Positions 49,427 to 58,761 of a DNA stretch of 64,000 nucleotides are shown piece after piece. The notes beneath the pieces were generated by a model, which made no database searches, was not told the DNA's origin, and saw only the letters and a program-made list of their open reading frames with translations. Position 1 is the stretch's first letter, and each line of letters begins with the position of its first letter. The stretch comes from an uncultured bacterium (GTDB lineage Bacteria > Patescibacteriota > Minisyncoccia > UBA6257 > GWB1-50-10): NCBI GenBank assembly GCA_963722655.1, contig CAVRNT010000001.1, positions 17,447-81,446 on the forward strand. Direction: 5' to 3'. A program made the position numbers and the translations under genes.

Positions 49427-50531
49427 AACATTGCCATTATTTTCCGTAACTTGCGACGTCGCACACGGCAAGTTTTTGCCGTACATAACAAAAGACGAAA
49501 GTTACCAGGTGCAGATGCCCTGTAGCCCAAAGTCGGAGAATATCGTTTCTTGCAAAAATCCCGATCTCAGCACGTATTTGAAGGAGATTGATGGTTTGGA
49601 TTTTGTAACCGTTAGGGGCAAACCGATTACATTACCGATACCCAAACTTATCCCGATTATTGATAGGGGCCTGTTTAAAAATTCGGCTGAGATAATGGGT
49701 TATGACACTATTGGCATTTCCTTAGAAGACATCTTTTCTTCTTCGCCTCAAAGGAAAGATGGCAAGTTCTACATCCCCCAACTCAAAATAAGAGAGGACG
49801 CGTTACAGAACCCGATTTTCAAAAACAAGAAGGTGATACTTTTCTCGAGCGGAAGGGATGTATTGATCGAGAAAATTTGGCAGGATTTTTATGAACTGAG
49901 ATTTCCGGAGAAATTGTTCCAGATGGGTGTAGCTGTGGTTACCGGGATAAATTTTTCCGTTTTCTTGGACGATTGTCCTCTGTCAAAGGCATTAAACATG
50001 AAAAAGAGCCTGAAAACAGTAGAATACTTCCAGGACGCCGGGATCGAAACGATCCCGCATATATATTTCACGCACACGAACCATCTTCATCGTTGGAGTG
50101 CGTGGTTACAAGCGAATCCAGCCGTGAAAACCGTGGCGATTAACTGCCAATTCAGTCGCGATAGACGTGTCGCGCACATGGTAGCAGACGGCATAAAACT
50201 CTTGGCCGACAATGCGGGTCGCGAAATCCATTTCTTGCTTGAAGGACCGTCACTGTTTCTCTTAAACGAAATAAACCAGCTCGGATACATGACCAACATC
50301 ATGATTGCCATCAAAGAACCCTCTATGGACTCAATGTTTGGTAAATTATATTTTATAGAAAATGGTCGGCTCAAGAAGAAAACGACTTTCGGACTCAAAA
50401 TAGACCAACTGCTTACGCCAAATTTCAAGACATACGAAGAATACATAAGTCGTCTTTCTCCCAGATATTTTACTGTGGGCGCGAGTAATTCTCTAATATC
50501 CCAACAAAAAGGAAAATATTCTAACGGATAA
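49404..50531 (+). CDS. hypothetical protein (375 aa, no recognised domain)
   Basis: A long ORF with consistent codon usage. Conserved-looking blocks VILFSSGRDVLIEKIW and GINFSVFLDDCPLSKAL. No motif assignable by eye. Confidence 0.45.
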   Translation: MLNSPKNKTLPLFSVTCDVAHGKFLPYITKDESYQVQMPCSPKSENIVSCKNPDLSTYLKEIDGLDFVTVRGKPITLPIPKLIPIIDRGLFKNSAEIMGYDTIGISLEDIFSSSPQRKDGKFYIPQLKIREDALQNPIFKNKKVILFSSGRDVLIEKIWQDFYELRFPEKLFQMGVAVVTGINFSVFLDDCPLSKALNMKKSLKTVEYFQDAGIETIPHIYFTHTNHLHRWSAWLQANPAVKTVAINCQFSRDRRVAHMVADGIKLLADNAGREIHFLLEGPSLFLLNEINQLGYMTNIMIAIKEPSMDSMFGKLYFIENGRLKKKTTFGLKIDQLLTPNFKTYEEYISRLSPRYFTVGASNSLISQQKGKYSNG

Positions 50532-50566
50532 TTCATTCCATTCAAATATTTGATAAACTGAATTAT

Positions 50567-51379
50567 ATGAAAATGATAAAACTAAAAAAACTCCCTAAGC
50601 GCAACATATATGATAAGAATTATTACAAAGCCCAGGCAATGTTGCGGGATCCATGGTTTATAGAAAAAGCGGAATGGCTCAAGAAGCGTTTTACGGAGAT
50701 TGGTTGCTCCCTTCCCAAGAAGCCTTTTAAAAAATATAAAACATACCAAGCTTGGAATAAGAGATATTGGGATCGCTACACCGAGATGGAAAAAAGTCAT
50801 GAATTTTTAGAAGCAAAACGGCGAATCACAGGAAACAAGAGGATGATATCCATGGAAGAATTTAATGCGTTAGAGAATTTTCGAGAAGGATTTTTACCTC
50901 CCACATACGGCCGAGTGTTCACCGAGATATTGGAACATTTTGGCATTGGTTCAAAAGACGAGAGGTTCCGTAATTTCCTAGAATTCTATTTCTTTTTAGG
51001 GCAGAAGGAATATGTTAAGCCAAAGCTTTCAATAAAATTCACTAGGGATTCAAAAACCAATGAAACGGAAATGTTCCTGCGTATTTACGGATATACCAAA
51101 AAAGAAGATATTATGCGACAGTGGGATTGGATTTCATGGAATCAAAAGAGTCTTAAGGATTTCGTCGGTAAGAACAAGGCATGGAAAACATTCAATCGGG
51201 ACATCGCGATCTACAATCTCTACAAAAAAATGAAAGATCCTAAAACTAAGCGCCAGCCGAATGATAACGGCCTCGATACGAAACTTTGGCTGGCTTTAAA
51301 AGAGAAATGGCCGAAACTGACCATTAGTAGCGTTCGCACCATCGTAAATAGAACTCGGAAAAGACTTGGCGAAATCTAG
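50567..51379 (+). CDS. hypothetical basic Trp-rich protein
   Basis: 270 aa, very AT-rich coding sequence. Lys/Arg/Trp-rich (WFIEKAEWLKKRF, YQAWNKRYWDRY). No recognised domain. Confidence 0.45.
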   Translation: MKMIKLKKLPKRNIYDKNYYKAQAMLRDPWFIEKAEWLKKRFTEIGCSLPKKPFKKYKTYQAWNKRYWDRYTEMEKSHEFLEAKRRITGNKRMISMEEFNALENFREGFLPPTYGRVFTEILEHFGIGSKDERFRNFLEFYFFLGQKEYVKPKLSIKFTRDSKTNETEMFLRIYGYTKKEDIMRQWDWISWNQKSLKDFVGKNKAWKTFNRDIAIYNLYKKMKDPKTKRQPNDNGLDTKLWLALKEKWPKLTISSVRTIVNRTRKRLGEI

Positions 51380-51445
51380 TATTTACGGTTAAACAATCTG
51401 CTTAACAGCGACACAGGGTGTCGCCTTTCTGTTTAAGATGGGAGC

Positions 51446-52723
51446 ATGATTAAAAATAAATTAGTTTGGCGCACAGAAATGCGCCACGTGTCGGACTTGG
51501 TGCCGAATCCTCGGAATCCCAGGACCATGAGCCCGAGTCAGACGGAAGCGCTCAAGAAAAGTCTTAGTAAATTCGGGGTGGTGGAACTTCCGGTTATAGA
51601 TGCGGATAATCAGGTGATCGCCGGACACCAGCGATTAATGGCTCTCCGTCTTCTCGGCCGGGAAAACGAGGAAATCCCGGTCCGAGTGCCGAACAGAAAG
51701 CTCACGAAGCGCGAGTATGACCAATATATGCTCACGAGCAACCGTGTGCACGGCGAATTCGATTGGGACAAACTCGCCGAGAATTTCGATATCGATGCCA
51801 TCCTCGCGAGTGGATTCGAGGATGCGGATCTCTCGCTCATATTTGACGACGTTTCCGTAGAAGACGACGAATTCAGAATCGACGATGAATTAAAGAAGAT
51901 AAAGAAAACGGACGTTAAACCTGGAGATTTATACCAACTTGGCTCTCACCGGATCATTTGTTCCGATTGCACGGACCCTAAATCGGTCAAAAGACTCATG
52001 GATGGCAAGAAGGCCGGTGTTATCCTCCAAGACCCGCCTTTCAACATAAATCTGAGCTATAACGCCGGAATCGGCGGCAAAGGCAATTACGGCGGCACCA
52101 TGGACGATTCAAAATCGGACGAGGAATATGAATCGCTTCTCCGCAAGGCGCTGGCGAACGGCCTCTCCGCCTGTGCGAAAGACGTGCATGTATTCACGTA
52201 CCACGATCCCCGATATGCGTGGCTTCTCCAAAAATTATATAAGGAACTCGGCATTACGTACCGGCGAACTTGTCTATGGATCAAGAATAATTCCACACCG
52301 ACACCAAAAGTGGCTTTCAACCGACAGTACGAACCCGCACTTTATGGAACGATCGGGAAACCGTACCTTTCTGAACGCGCTTTCAATTTCTCGGAAATCC
52401 TCAATCACGATGTCGGAAGCGGTAATCGCACGATCGACGACATCTATGATCTCATCGATATATGGCTCGTGAAGCGGCTGAGTGGATCGGAATACGAACA
52501 TCCGACCGAGAAACCGCCGATGCTCCACGAACGGCCGCTACGTCGCTGTTCGAAGCCGGGAGATATCATCCTTGATCTCTTCTCAGGATCGGCGAGCCTT
52601 ATGGTCGCTTGCCATCAATTGAAGCGGATCGCGTATATGGTCGAACGCGAGCCGATTTTCGTGCAGCTTGCGCTAAATCGTTATGAAAAACTCACGGGAC
52701 AAAAAGCAAAAAGAATCGCCTAA
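51446..52723 (+). CDS. ParB-like nuclease domain fused to beta-class N6-adenine/N4-cytosine DNA methyltransferase
   Basis: N-terminus RHVSDLVPNPRNPRTMSPSQTEALKKSL...VIAGHQRLMAL is ParB/Srx-like. DPPF motif IV (ILQDPPFNINLSY). C-terminal motif I FSGSAS. Confidence 0.85.
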   Translation: MIKNKLVWRTEMRHVSDLVPNPRNPRTMSPSQTEALKKSLSKFGVVELPVIDADNQVIAGHQRLMALRLLGRENEEIPVRVPNRKLTKREYDQYMLTSNRVHGEFDWDKLAENFDIDAILASGFEDADLSLIFDDVSVEDDEFRIDDELKKIKKTDVKPGDLYQLGSHRIICSDCTDPKSVKRLMDGKKAGVILQDPPFNINLSYNAGIGGKGNYGGTMDDSKSDEEYESLLRKALANGLSACAKDVHVFTYHDPRYAWLLQKLYKELGITYRRTCLWIKNNSTPTPKVAFNRQYEPALYGTIGKPYLSERAFNFSEILNHDVGSGNRTIDDIYDLIDIWLVKRLSGSEYEHPTEKPPMLHERPLRRCSKPGDIILDLFSGSASLMVACHQLKRIAYMVEREPIFVQLALNRYEKLTGQKAKRIA

Positions 52724-53456
52724 GCCCGGCGCAATCTGGCAGCTCGGGGTACATCGCCTCGCCTACGGGGATTGCCGCGACAAGAATCTTTTGGAAAGAC
52801 TCATTGGCAAAGAAAAAATCAACCTCGTCTGTTGCGACGTGCCGTACGGCGTGGATGTCGCCGCCTCGAAGCGGAACTTCCGCACCCTTTCCAAAGACAA
52901 GGACATCGCGAACGACCAAACCCAATCGAATGCGGAATACCGGTCATTCAGCCGCGAATGGCTTCAAGCAATCACGCCATCCCTGGCAAGTAAAAACTCC
53001 GCCTATATCTTCAACGCCGATAAGATGGTTTGGCCACTCCGAGACGGGATGATCGACGCCGGATTCAAGGTGGCCCAGCTCCTCGTGTGGGTGAAATCGC
53101 AGGCGGTTATCGGCCGACTCGATTACGCCCCGCAGCATGAGCTTATTCTCTACGGCTGGCACGGCACTCATAAATACCGCCGGTCAAAAGACAGAAGCGT
53201 TCTGTTCTATCCGAGGCCATCTAAGAGCAAACTGCATCCGACGACCAAGCCCATCGGCCTTATCCGTCGTCTCATTCTCAACTCATCGGAAATCGGGAAT
53301 GCAGTCTACGACGGATTTCTCGGAAGTGGAACCACTCTTCTCGCTTGCGAGCAGACGAAACGCAGATGCCTTGCGGTGGAAATTGATTATGAATATTGCC
53401 AAACGGCAATCCATCAGTGGGAACGACTGACGGGCAAAAAAGCAAAACGACTATGA
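52683..53456 (+). CDS. beta-class DNA methyltransferase (N6-adenine/N4-cytosine)
   Basis: Motif IV CCDVPYGV (a DPPY variant). C-terminal motif I FLGSGTT. It overlaps the preceding MTase by 41 nt. Confidence 0.85.
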   Translation: MKNSRDKKQKESPKPGAIWQLGVHRLAYGDCRDKNLLERLIGKEKINLVCCDVPYGVDVAASKRNFRTLSKDKDIANDQTQSNAEYRSFSREWLQAITPSLASKNSAYIFNADKMVWPLRDGMIDAGFKVAQLLVWVKSQAVIGRLDYAPQHELILYGWHGTHKYRRSKDRSVLFYPRPSKSKLHPTTKPIGLIRRLILNSSEIGNAVYDGFLGSGTTLLACEQTKRRCLAVEIDYEYCQTAIHQWERLTGKKAKRL

Positions 53457-53941
53457 AAAAGAACGACCAGACGAAGAAACTTATTATCGAGCAGCTGCAC
53501 AAAACACCGATAGTGGAAGTGGCGTGTCAGAAAATCGGCATATCGAGGATGACCTTTTACCGCTGGAAGAAAGACGAGCCGGAATTCGCGAAGCTTGCGG
53601 ACGAGGCGATTTTCGAAGGCCAATCCCTCATGAACGATCTAGCGGAAAGCCAGCTCATCGGCGCGGTCAAGGAAAGGAATCTGCCCGCAATCATATATTG
53701 GCTCCGGCACCACCATCCCGATTATGCGAATAAGCTTGAAATCAAGCACGCGATTCAGGACGAAAATCTGACTCCGGAACAGGAAGCGCTCGTCCGGGAA
53801 GCTTTAAGACTAGCCACCTTGAGTGAAGAAAAGGTCGAAATCAACCCAGAAGAAAAAATCGATGAATTACAAGAACATAATCCCGCCGGAACTGACGGAG
53901 GCGATGATAAAGGACCGGAAGGTGCGGGTGGCGATCACTAA
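53453..53941 (+). CDS. putative terminase small subunit / HTH DNA-binding protein
   Basis: HTH region IVEVACQKIGISRMTFYRWKKDEPEF. Its position is directly upstream of terL. The start is taken at Met20, overlapping the MTase stop (ATGA). Confidence 0.45.
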   Translation: MKKNDQTKKLIIEQLHKTPIVEVACQKIGISRMTFYRWKKDEPEFAKLADEAIFEGQSLMNDLAESQLIGAVKERNLPAIIYWLRHHHPDYANKLEIKHAIQDENLTPEQEALVREALRLATLSEEKVEINPEEKIDELQEHNPAGTDGGDDKGPEGAGGDH

Positions 53942-55323
53942 AGAGAGCCACTGGTACTTCTTCCATTTTTACTTCGCCCACTACGTCAAATATCCGACGG
54001 CGAAATTCCAAGCCGAGATATTCGAATTGACCGAAAAGGACAACGGCAATTTCTTCGTCGTCGCTTTCCGCGGAAGCAGCAAATCCACAATCCTCACGAC
54101 CTCATATCCGATCTGGGCGATCTTGGGAAAACAGCAGAAAAAATTCGTGCTCATCCTCTGCCAAACGCAGAGCCAGGCGAAACAGCATATGATGAATCTC
54201 CGCCGGGAGCTTGAAAGCAACGCCATTCTCAAAAGGGATCTGGGTCCGTTCCGCGAAGAATCCGACGAATGGGGTTCGTCGTCTTTGGTGTTTTCGAATA
54301 TGAACGCCCGCATCACCGCCGCCTCGAGCGAACAGAGCATTCGTGGTTTGCGGCACAACCAGCACCGGCCGGATCTCATCATCGGAGACGACGTGGAGGA
54401 TTTGGCATCCACCAAGACCCGGGAAGGCAGGAACAAGACGTACCAGTGGCTCACGGGCGAGGTTATCCCGTCCGGCGACCGAAGCACCCGGATCGTAGTC
54501 GTGGGGAACCTTCTCCACGAAGATTCTCTCCTCATGCGGATCAAGGAAGATATCGGGAATCAGAAGATCGACGGGGTATTCAAGGAGTACCCGCTCATGC
54601 TGAACGGCGAGATTCTGTGGCCGGGGAAGTATCCGTCCATCGACGATATCCAAGATGAAAAAAGGAAGGCGGGAAACGAATTCGCCTGGGAGCGGGAGTA
54701 CATGCTCCGCATCGTGCCGGACGAAGAACAGGCGATCCTTCGCGAGTGGATCCAATATTACGATGAGCTCCCTTCTGGAGAGACCGATTGCCAGGGGTAT
54801 CCGAAGCACGTCGAGGTGCGTATCGGCGTCGATCTGGCGATCTCGAAGCGCGATACCGCCGATTACACCGCCATGGTTCCCGGGTGGCTCTACGGAGATG
54901 ACAGGGATACGAGAATCTACATCCTACCGGATATTATTAACCGCAGAATATCGTTCCCTGAAACGGTCGATCTCTGCAAAGCACTCAACAGGAAATACGA
55001 GGAGGAGCAATCAAATCCCACGTTTGTCATTGAGGATGTCGCATACCAAAGATCTCTCCCTCAACAGCTTGAGAGATGAGGGAATCCGGGACGTGAAAAC
55101 CACCCATCCGGGCAATCAGGACAAGCGGAGTCGTCTCATACTCACCGCGAACGTCATCAAGAACGGCAAGGTGAAGTTTCCGAAACAAGGTGCCGAAGGG
55201 CTCATAAACCAGATCGTTCACTTCGGCGTCGAGAAACACGACGATCTCGCCGACGCGTTCTCGAACCTCGTCCTGAGCGTCATAGAAGATCCGCCGTCCG
55301 TTCCGAGAATATGGCTGCTTTAG
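53862..55323 (+). pseudogene. terL: phage terminase large subunit, interrupted by a +1 frameshift near 55075
   Basis: Frame A (to 55079) has the ATPase Walker A FRGSSKST, Walker B LIIGDDVED, and nuclease motifs I and II (RIGVDLAISKRD, FVIEDVAYQ). Frame B (55076-55323) continues with ...IVHFGVEKHDDLADAFSNL, which is nuclease motif III. The N-terminal start is uncertain. Confidence 0.7.
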
Positions 55324-56688
55324 TCATTTGGATTCGGCTTCGTCGGGAATCGTTTCGAGGTATATTTTCCTATCTTTCAGGATGAGTTTGCTTCGCAGAC
55401 TCAGAAGGATGTGGCGTTTCTCTTCTATGGTTCCTTCGGCCAAGAGATACTTCACGTACTTCTTGGTGTCGGCGTTGCGTTCTTCGACGTTCGCATATCC
55501 TCCCGGATTTCCCATCACGTCGCGATGGAAACGATAGATGCGTTCCACCTCGGCGTCGAATTGTCCCTGAACGCCGAGGTCTTCGAGCGTCAGCTGGTCC
55601 ACCAAATTGCGGATCTGCTCGATGAGATCCGCTTCGCGGACGTAAAGCAATTTGCACTGCGGATTTCTGACGCGCGTGCAGCCGTAGTAAACGTACTTGG
55701 CGATCGAGCCGTCTTTGAGCGTCTTGAACTTTTCCTCCCCGCAGATGCCCGATCCGCAAAGCCCGCATTTCATGAGGCGCGTGAACGCGAAGTTCTTACG
55801 GAAAATGGCGAAGAGATGTTTCCGGCGGGTCAGGGCTTTGGCAACGGCGTCAAAAAGCTCTTCGGAGACGATCGGCTGGTGTTGTCCTTTGTACCACTTG
55901 CCGCTATGGATCGGGTATTCAAATTCGCCGTAGTAGAACGTTCGGCGCAGGATCAATTGGACCGTGCTCAACGATATGTGCTTCCCGTTCGGGGAAAGAA
56001 AATGCAATTCATCCCTCAACCATTCCCGAATTCTGCGCTGACTCCATCCGTCCGCCGCTTTCTCGAACATCATGCGGATTACGTGCGCCCGGGCGGGATC
56101 GGTAAGGAGTACGCCGCGGCGGTCCTTCTTGTCGTCGCTCACATATCCCATCGGGGGAACGCCCGGCCAGCAGCCCCGTTCGCAGAGCGCCCGAAGCCCG
56201 CGCTTCACGTTGATGCTGCGGTTATCATTCTCGAGTTTGGCTTGGGAGCCGAGAATCATGAGAAGGAACTTCTCGTTCGGCGAATCGCTGAACTTTTGGT
56301 TGTACGTCCGAATGTCCAAGAGCAGCTTCTTATCCATGAGATCGACGAGTCGCCCGAGATCTCCGGCGTTCCTGCTCAGGCGATCGGGGTTCCACGTGAG
56401 AATCCCGTTGTATCTACCGTTCGTTATCTCCTCAAGCATTTTATTGAATACCGGACGCTCGCCGGAATCTTTGGCGGAATGGGCTTCGGTGCGTACGACT
56501 AAAATATGGAGATTGTCCCGTTCCGCCACTCGTTTCATTTCCACGATCTGCGAATCAATCGATAATGCTTGCCGCTCTTCCGTTTCCATGGATTTCCGGG
56601 CGTAAAGACAATATTCTATCGGCAGAGGTGTTTTTTGCTTTGTTGTGGTCGCGATTTCAGGCGACCCCTCTTTTATTACATCGTTCAT
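55324..56688 (-). CDS. large serine recombinase (resolvase/invertase N-domain + recombinase domain + zinc ribbon)
   Basis: The N-terminal catalytic region EYCLYARKSMETEERQALSIDSQ contains the candidate nucleophilic Ser (YARKS). Recombinase domain (GYVSDDKKDRRGVLL). Cys4 zinc ribbon CGLCGSG...YYGC. Coiled-coil C-terminus. Confidence 0.85.
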   Translation of the reverse strand: MNDVIKEGSPEIATTTKQKTPLPIEYCLYARKSMETEERQALSIDSQIVEMKRVAERDNLHILVVRTEAHSAKDSGERPVFNKMLEEITNGRYNGILTWNPDRLSRNAGDLGRLVDLMDKKLLLDIRTYNQKFSDSPNEKFLLMILGSQAKLENDNRSINVKRGLRALCERGCWPGVPPMGYVSDDKKDRRGVLLTDPARAHVIRMMFEKAADGWSQRRIREWLRDELHFLSPNGKHISLSTVQLILRRTFYYGEFEYPIHSGKWYKGQHQPIVSEELFDAVAKALTRRKHLFAIFRKNFAFTRLMKCGLCGSGICGEEKFKTLKDGSIAKYVYYGCTRVRNPQCKLLYVREADLIEQIRNLVDQLTLEDLGVQGQFDAEVERIYRFHRDVMGNPGGYANVEERNADTKKYVKYLLAEGTIEEKRHILLSLRSKLILKDRKIYLETIPDEAESK

Positions 56689-56819
56689 AAGTATTGGTTG
56701 ATTTTTTATTTCTTAAAGACATAAAAAAGCCATCAGATATTTTTATGGTGGACGAAAAAGGGCAGTAATAATCTTCTCTGATTTGGAGTGAAGATTTACG
56801 CCGACATTAAACAAGGATT

Positions 56820-57732
56820 TTACTTGTTGTATTCGTAGCTCTGCCTGATAAGGGCCGTCACGGCGTCAATATCTTCGTCGCGGCTAAGTCTCACTTCATA
56901 GTCGCCATTGCCCCAATGACCGATGGCTTTCGGTTTCGTAAGATCTCGCGCCAGTCCCAGGGGATCGATGAGATTTCCGCTCGGAACATTAAGAAAGATT
57001 TTGAGTGCATCCTTAGAAACTACGATATCCACGAAATTCGTCGTCAGCTTGTATGCGATATACTTTGCCTTAGGTTCTTCGGTAATTGATTCATCAAGAG
57101 AGGTGATTTTCTCTTTAATGGCCGAGAAAAGCTCTTGGATGTGCGGGCTGGCGGTCTTTAAGATGGTCTTCGATGGTGTGTTGGATTTTTTCCTTAAATT
57201 CGCCTTTCTGTTTTTCTATTTTCTCAAAAATCTCTGAGGTTGAGATTTTCACCTTGCGTTGCACTTCGGGGTCAACGAGAAGGATATTGTTTTCATACAT
57301 GCGATACCGCAGAAGCTCAATGTCCATCGGTAGAAGATCAGCGGTATCAAGATCGAATTTATTGTAGCTCTCCGCAACGCAGATCACGCGTGGCGAAGCC
57401 CAATCTATTTCAATCTTGATTTCTAATCGGTGTACTAATGCTTCAAAATCCGCTTTGTGATCCAGAAGCCAGCGGAGATATGAAAGTCCTTGGTTGATGA
57501 CGTTCTCATTCTGACCACGCTTGTATTCGATGATGACCGGAGAACCGTTGTGATCGATGCCTAGGGTATCCATGCGTCCACCGAAACTCGTTGGGTATTC
57601 GGAGGCAAGGAATATGATATCTAAAATCTCCTCAAGATTTTTCTCGAAGATTTTCTGAATATCCTTTTCAAGCCCGACTTTTACAGACGGAACCTTTCTT
57701 GCTGCATTATTGTTTATGGAATATATAGCCAT
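56820..57732 (-). pseudogene. PD-(D/E)XK (DUF91/NucS-like) nuclease family protein, split by a frameshift at a T6 homopolymer
   Basis: The 205-aa N-terminal ORF has GGRMDTLGIDHNGSPVIIEYKRGQ (D...E.K). The downstream frame, open from 57215 and ending at 56820, encodes a further 130-aa domain. The two frames overlap across the ttttt-t run at 57186-57191. Confidence 0.55.
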
Positions 57733-57743
57733 GATGAGTGGCT

Positions 57744-57870
57744 AGCGGAGGGGTATATAAACACTAAGCCCCGCGCTAGCTAGGTCTTGCGACCCTACAC
57801 CGGTTTCCCGATATAGCCCTTGGAAGAGTCGCTGAACGCGGGGTTCAGTATCTTCCAAGGGTCTTTTTAG
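57744..57870 (+). promoter_or_regulatory. nested palindromes / strong terminator-like structure in intergenic region
   Basis: gctagcg...cgctagc (57744-57780). Then cccttggaaga-gtcgctgaac-gcgggg-ttcagta-tcttccaaggg (57817-57861), followed by tcttttt. Confidence 0.5.
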
Positions 57871-57947
57871 CCATGCCAAGCAAAATACCTGGTTTAGGCG
57901 ATCTATCCAATATTCAATTATTTAAAGAATATCACGCTTTTTGCAAT

Positions 57948-57977
57948 TTGACAGCACACCCCTCAGAGAGCTAAGTT
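57948..57977 (+). promoter_or_regulatory. candidate sigma-70 promoter for the 57987 gene
   Basis: TTGACA-N18-TAAGTT ends about 10 nt before the ATG. Confidence 0.3.
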
Positions 57978-57986
57978 CAAGAACAA

Positions 57987-58748
57987 ATGGAATTTAATAT
58001 GAGAAAAACAAGAGAATTTTTTGGTAAGTTAGATTGGAAACTTATTTTATTTCCGATTGTATTCCTGTTATCGGCCTATGCATCGTATCTTCTACTTAGA
58101 TCATACTTCTCCCCAGCATTACGTCCCAGTATTATCTTTTTGATGGTGCTGGCATCTGTGACCATAGCCTTCGTTTTAACTGGCCTTATTTTTGCAATCT
58201 TCATATTGTGTCTGCTCACATTATTTGCGCCAATTAACAGCCACTTTTTTAATAAGTATTTAAAGACGGTTAAGCAGGACGCCTCGGCGGGAGTAGCTAT
58301 TATTCTCGGACGCCCTAATTGGTTTAAATTCAAAGGGTGGTATAAAATCAACTTTACTAAACGCGAGATGGAGTTAATTTTCGGATACTTAGGAAAAAGA
58401 TGGTTGGACTTTCGTGTTTATCCGCACGCAAGTTTCGAGGATATCGAGAAGATAATGGGCGATTCTAGTATCCGGGAAGTTTTCTTCTGCGGTCATGGAG
58501 ATTCTCACACCTTCAGACTAACCACCGATGAAACCATCTTTTATTGTGACTTTAAGGGTCCAAAATACAAGAAAGATTTCGTACATCAGGTACATTGTGG
58601 AACAAAAGATGGCAGCGATAGAAGATTAATCGATTATGTTGTGCCTGAAGAAAATCGCGGCCAATGTTTCTATTTTCCTAAATCAATTACCTCTCGCGAT
58701 ATCAGAAAAGAATTTGAGAGAAGAATAGAAAGATTGACTAGCCATTAA
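57987..58748 (+). CDS. two-TM membrane protein with conserved His/Cys-containing C-terminal domain (hypothetical)
   Basis: 253 aa. Two TM helices (residues 20-90). The C-terminal soluble domain has VFFCGHGDSHTF...IFYCDF...VHQVHCGTKDG. Confidence 0.5.
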   Translation: MEFNMRKTREFFGKLDWKLILFPIVFLLSAYASYLLLRSYFSPALRPSIIFLMVLASVTIAFVLTGLIFAIFILCLLTLFAPINSHFFNKYLKTVKQDASAGVAIILGRPNWFKFKGWYKINFTKREMELIFGYLGKRWLDFRVYPHASFEDIEKIMGDSSIREVFFCGHGDSHTFRLTTDETIFYCDFKGPKYKKDFVHQVHCGTKDGSDRRLIDYVVPEENRGQCFYFPKSITSRDIRKEFERRIERLTSH

Positions 58749-58761
58749 ACATGGCTAACTT

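Noticed and set aside
54655-55075. N-terminal part of the 222-aa ORF 54655..55323 as an independent gene
   Set aside because: Only its last ~80 aa (from 55076) are terminase-like. The upstream part overlaps terL in another frame and is Ser/Arg low-complexity. It is interpreted as the frameshifted TerL C-terminus.
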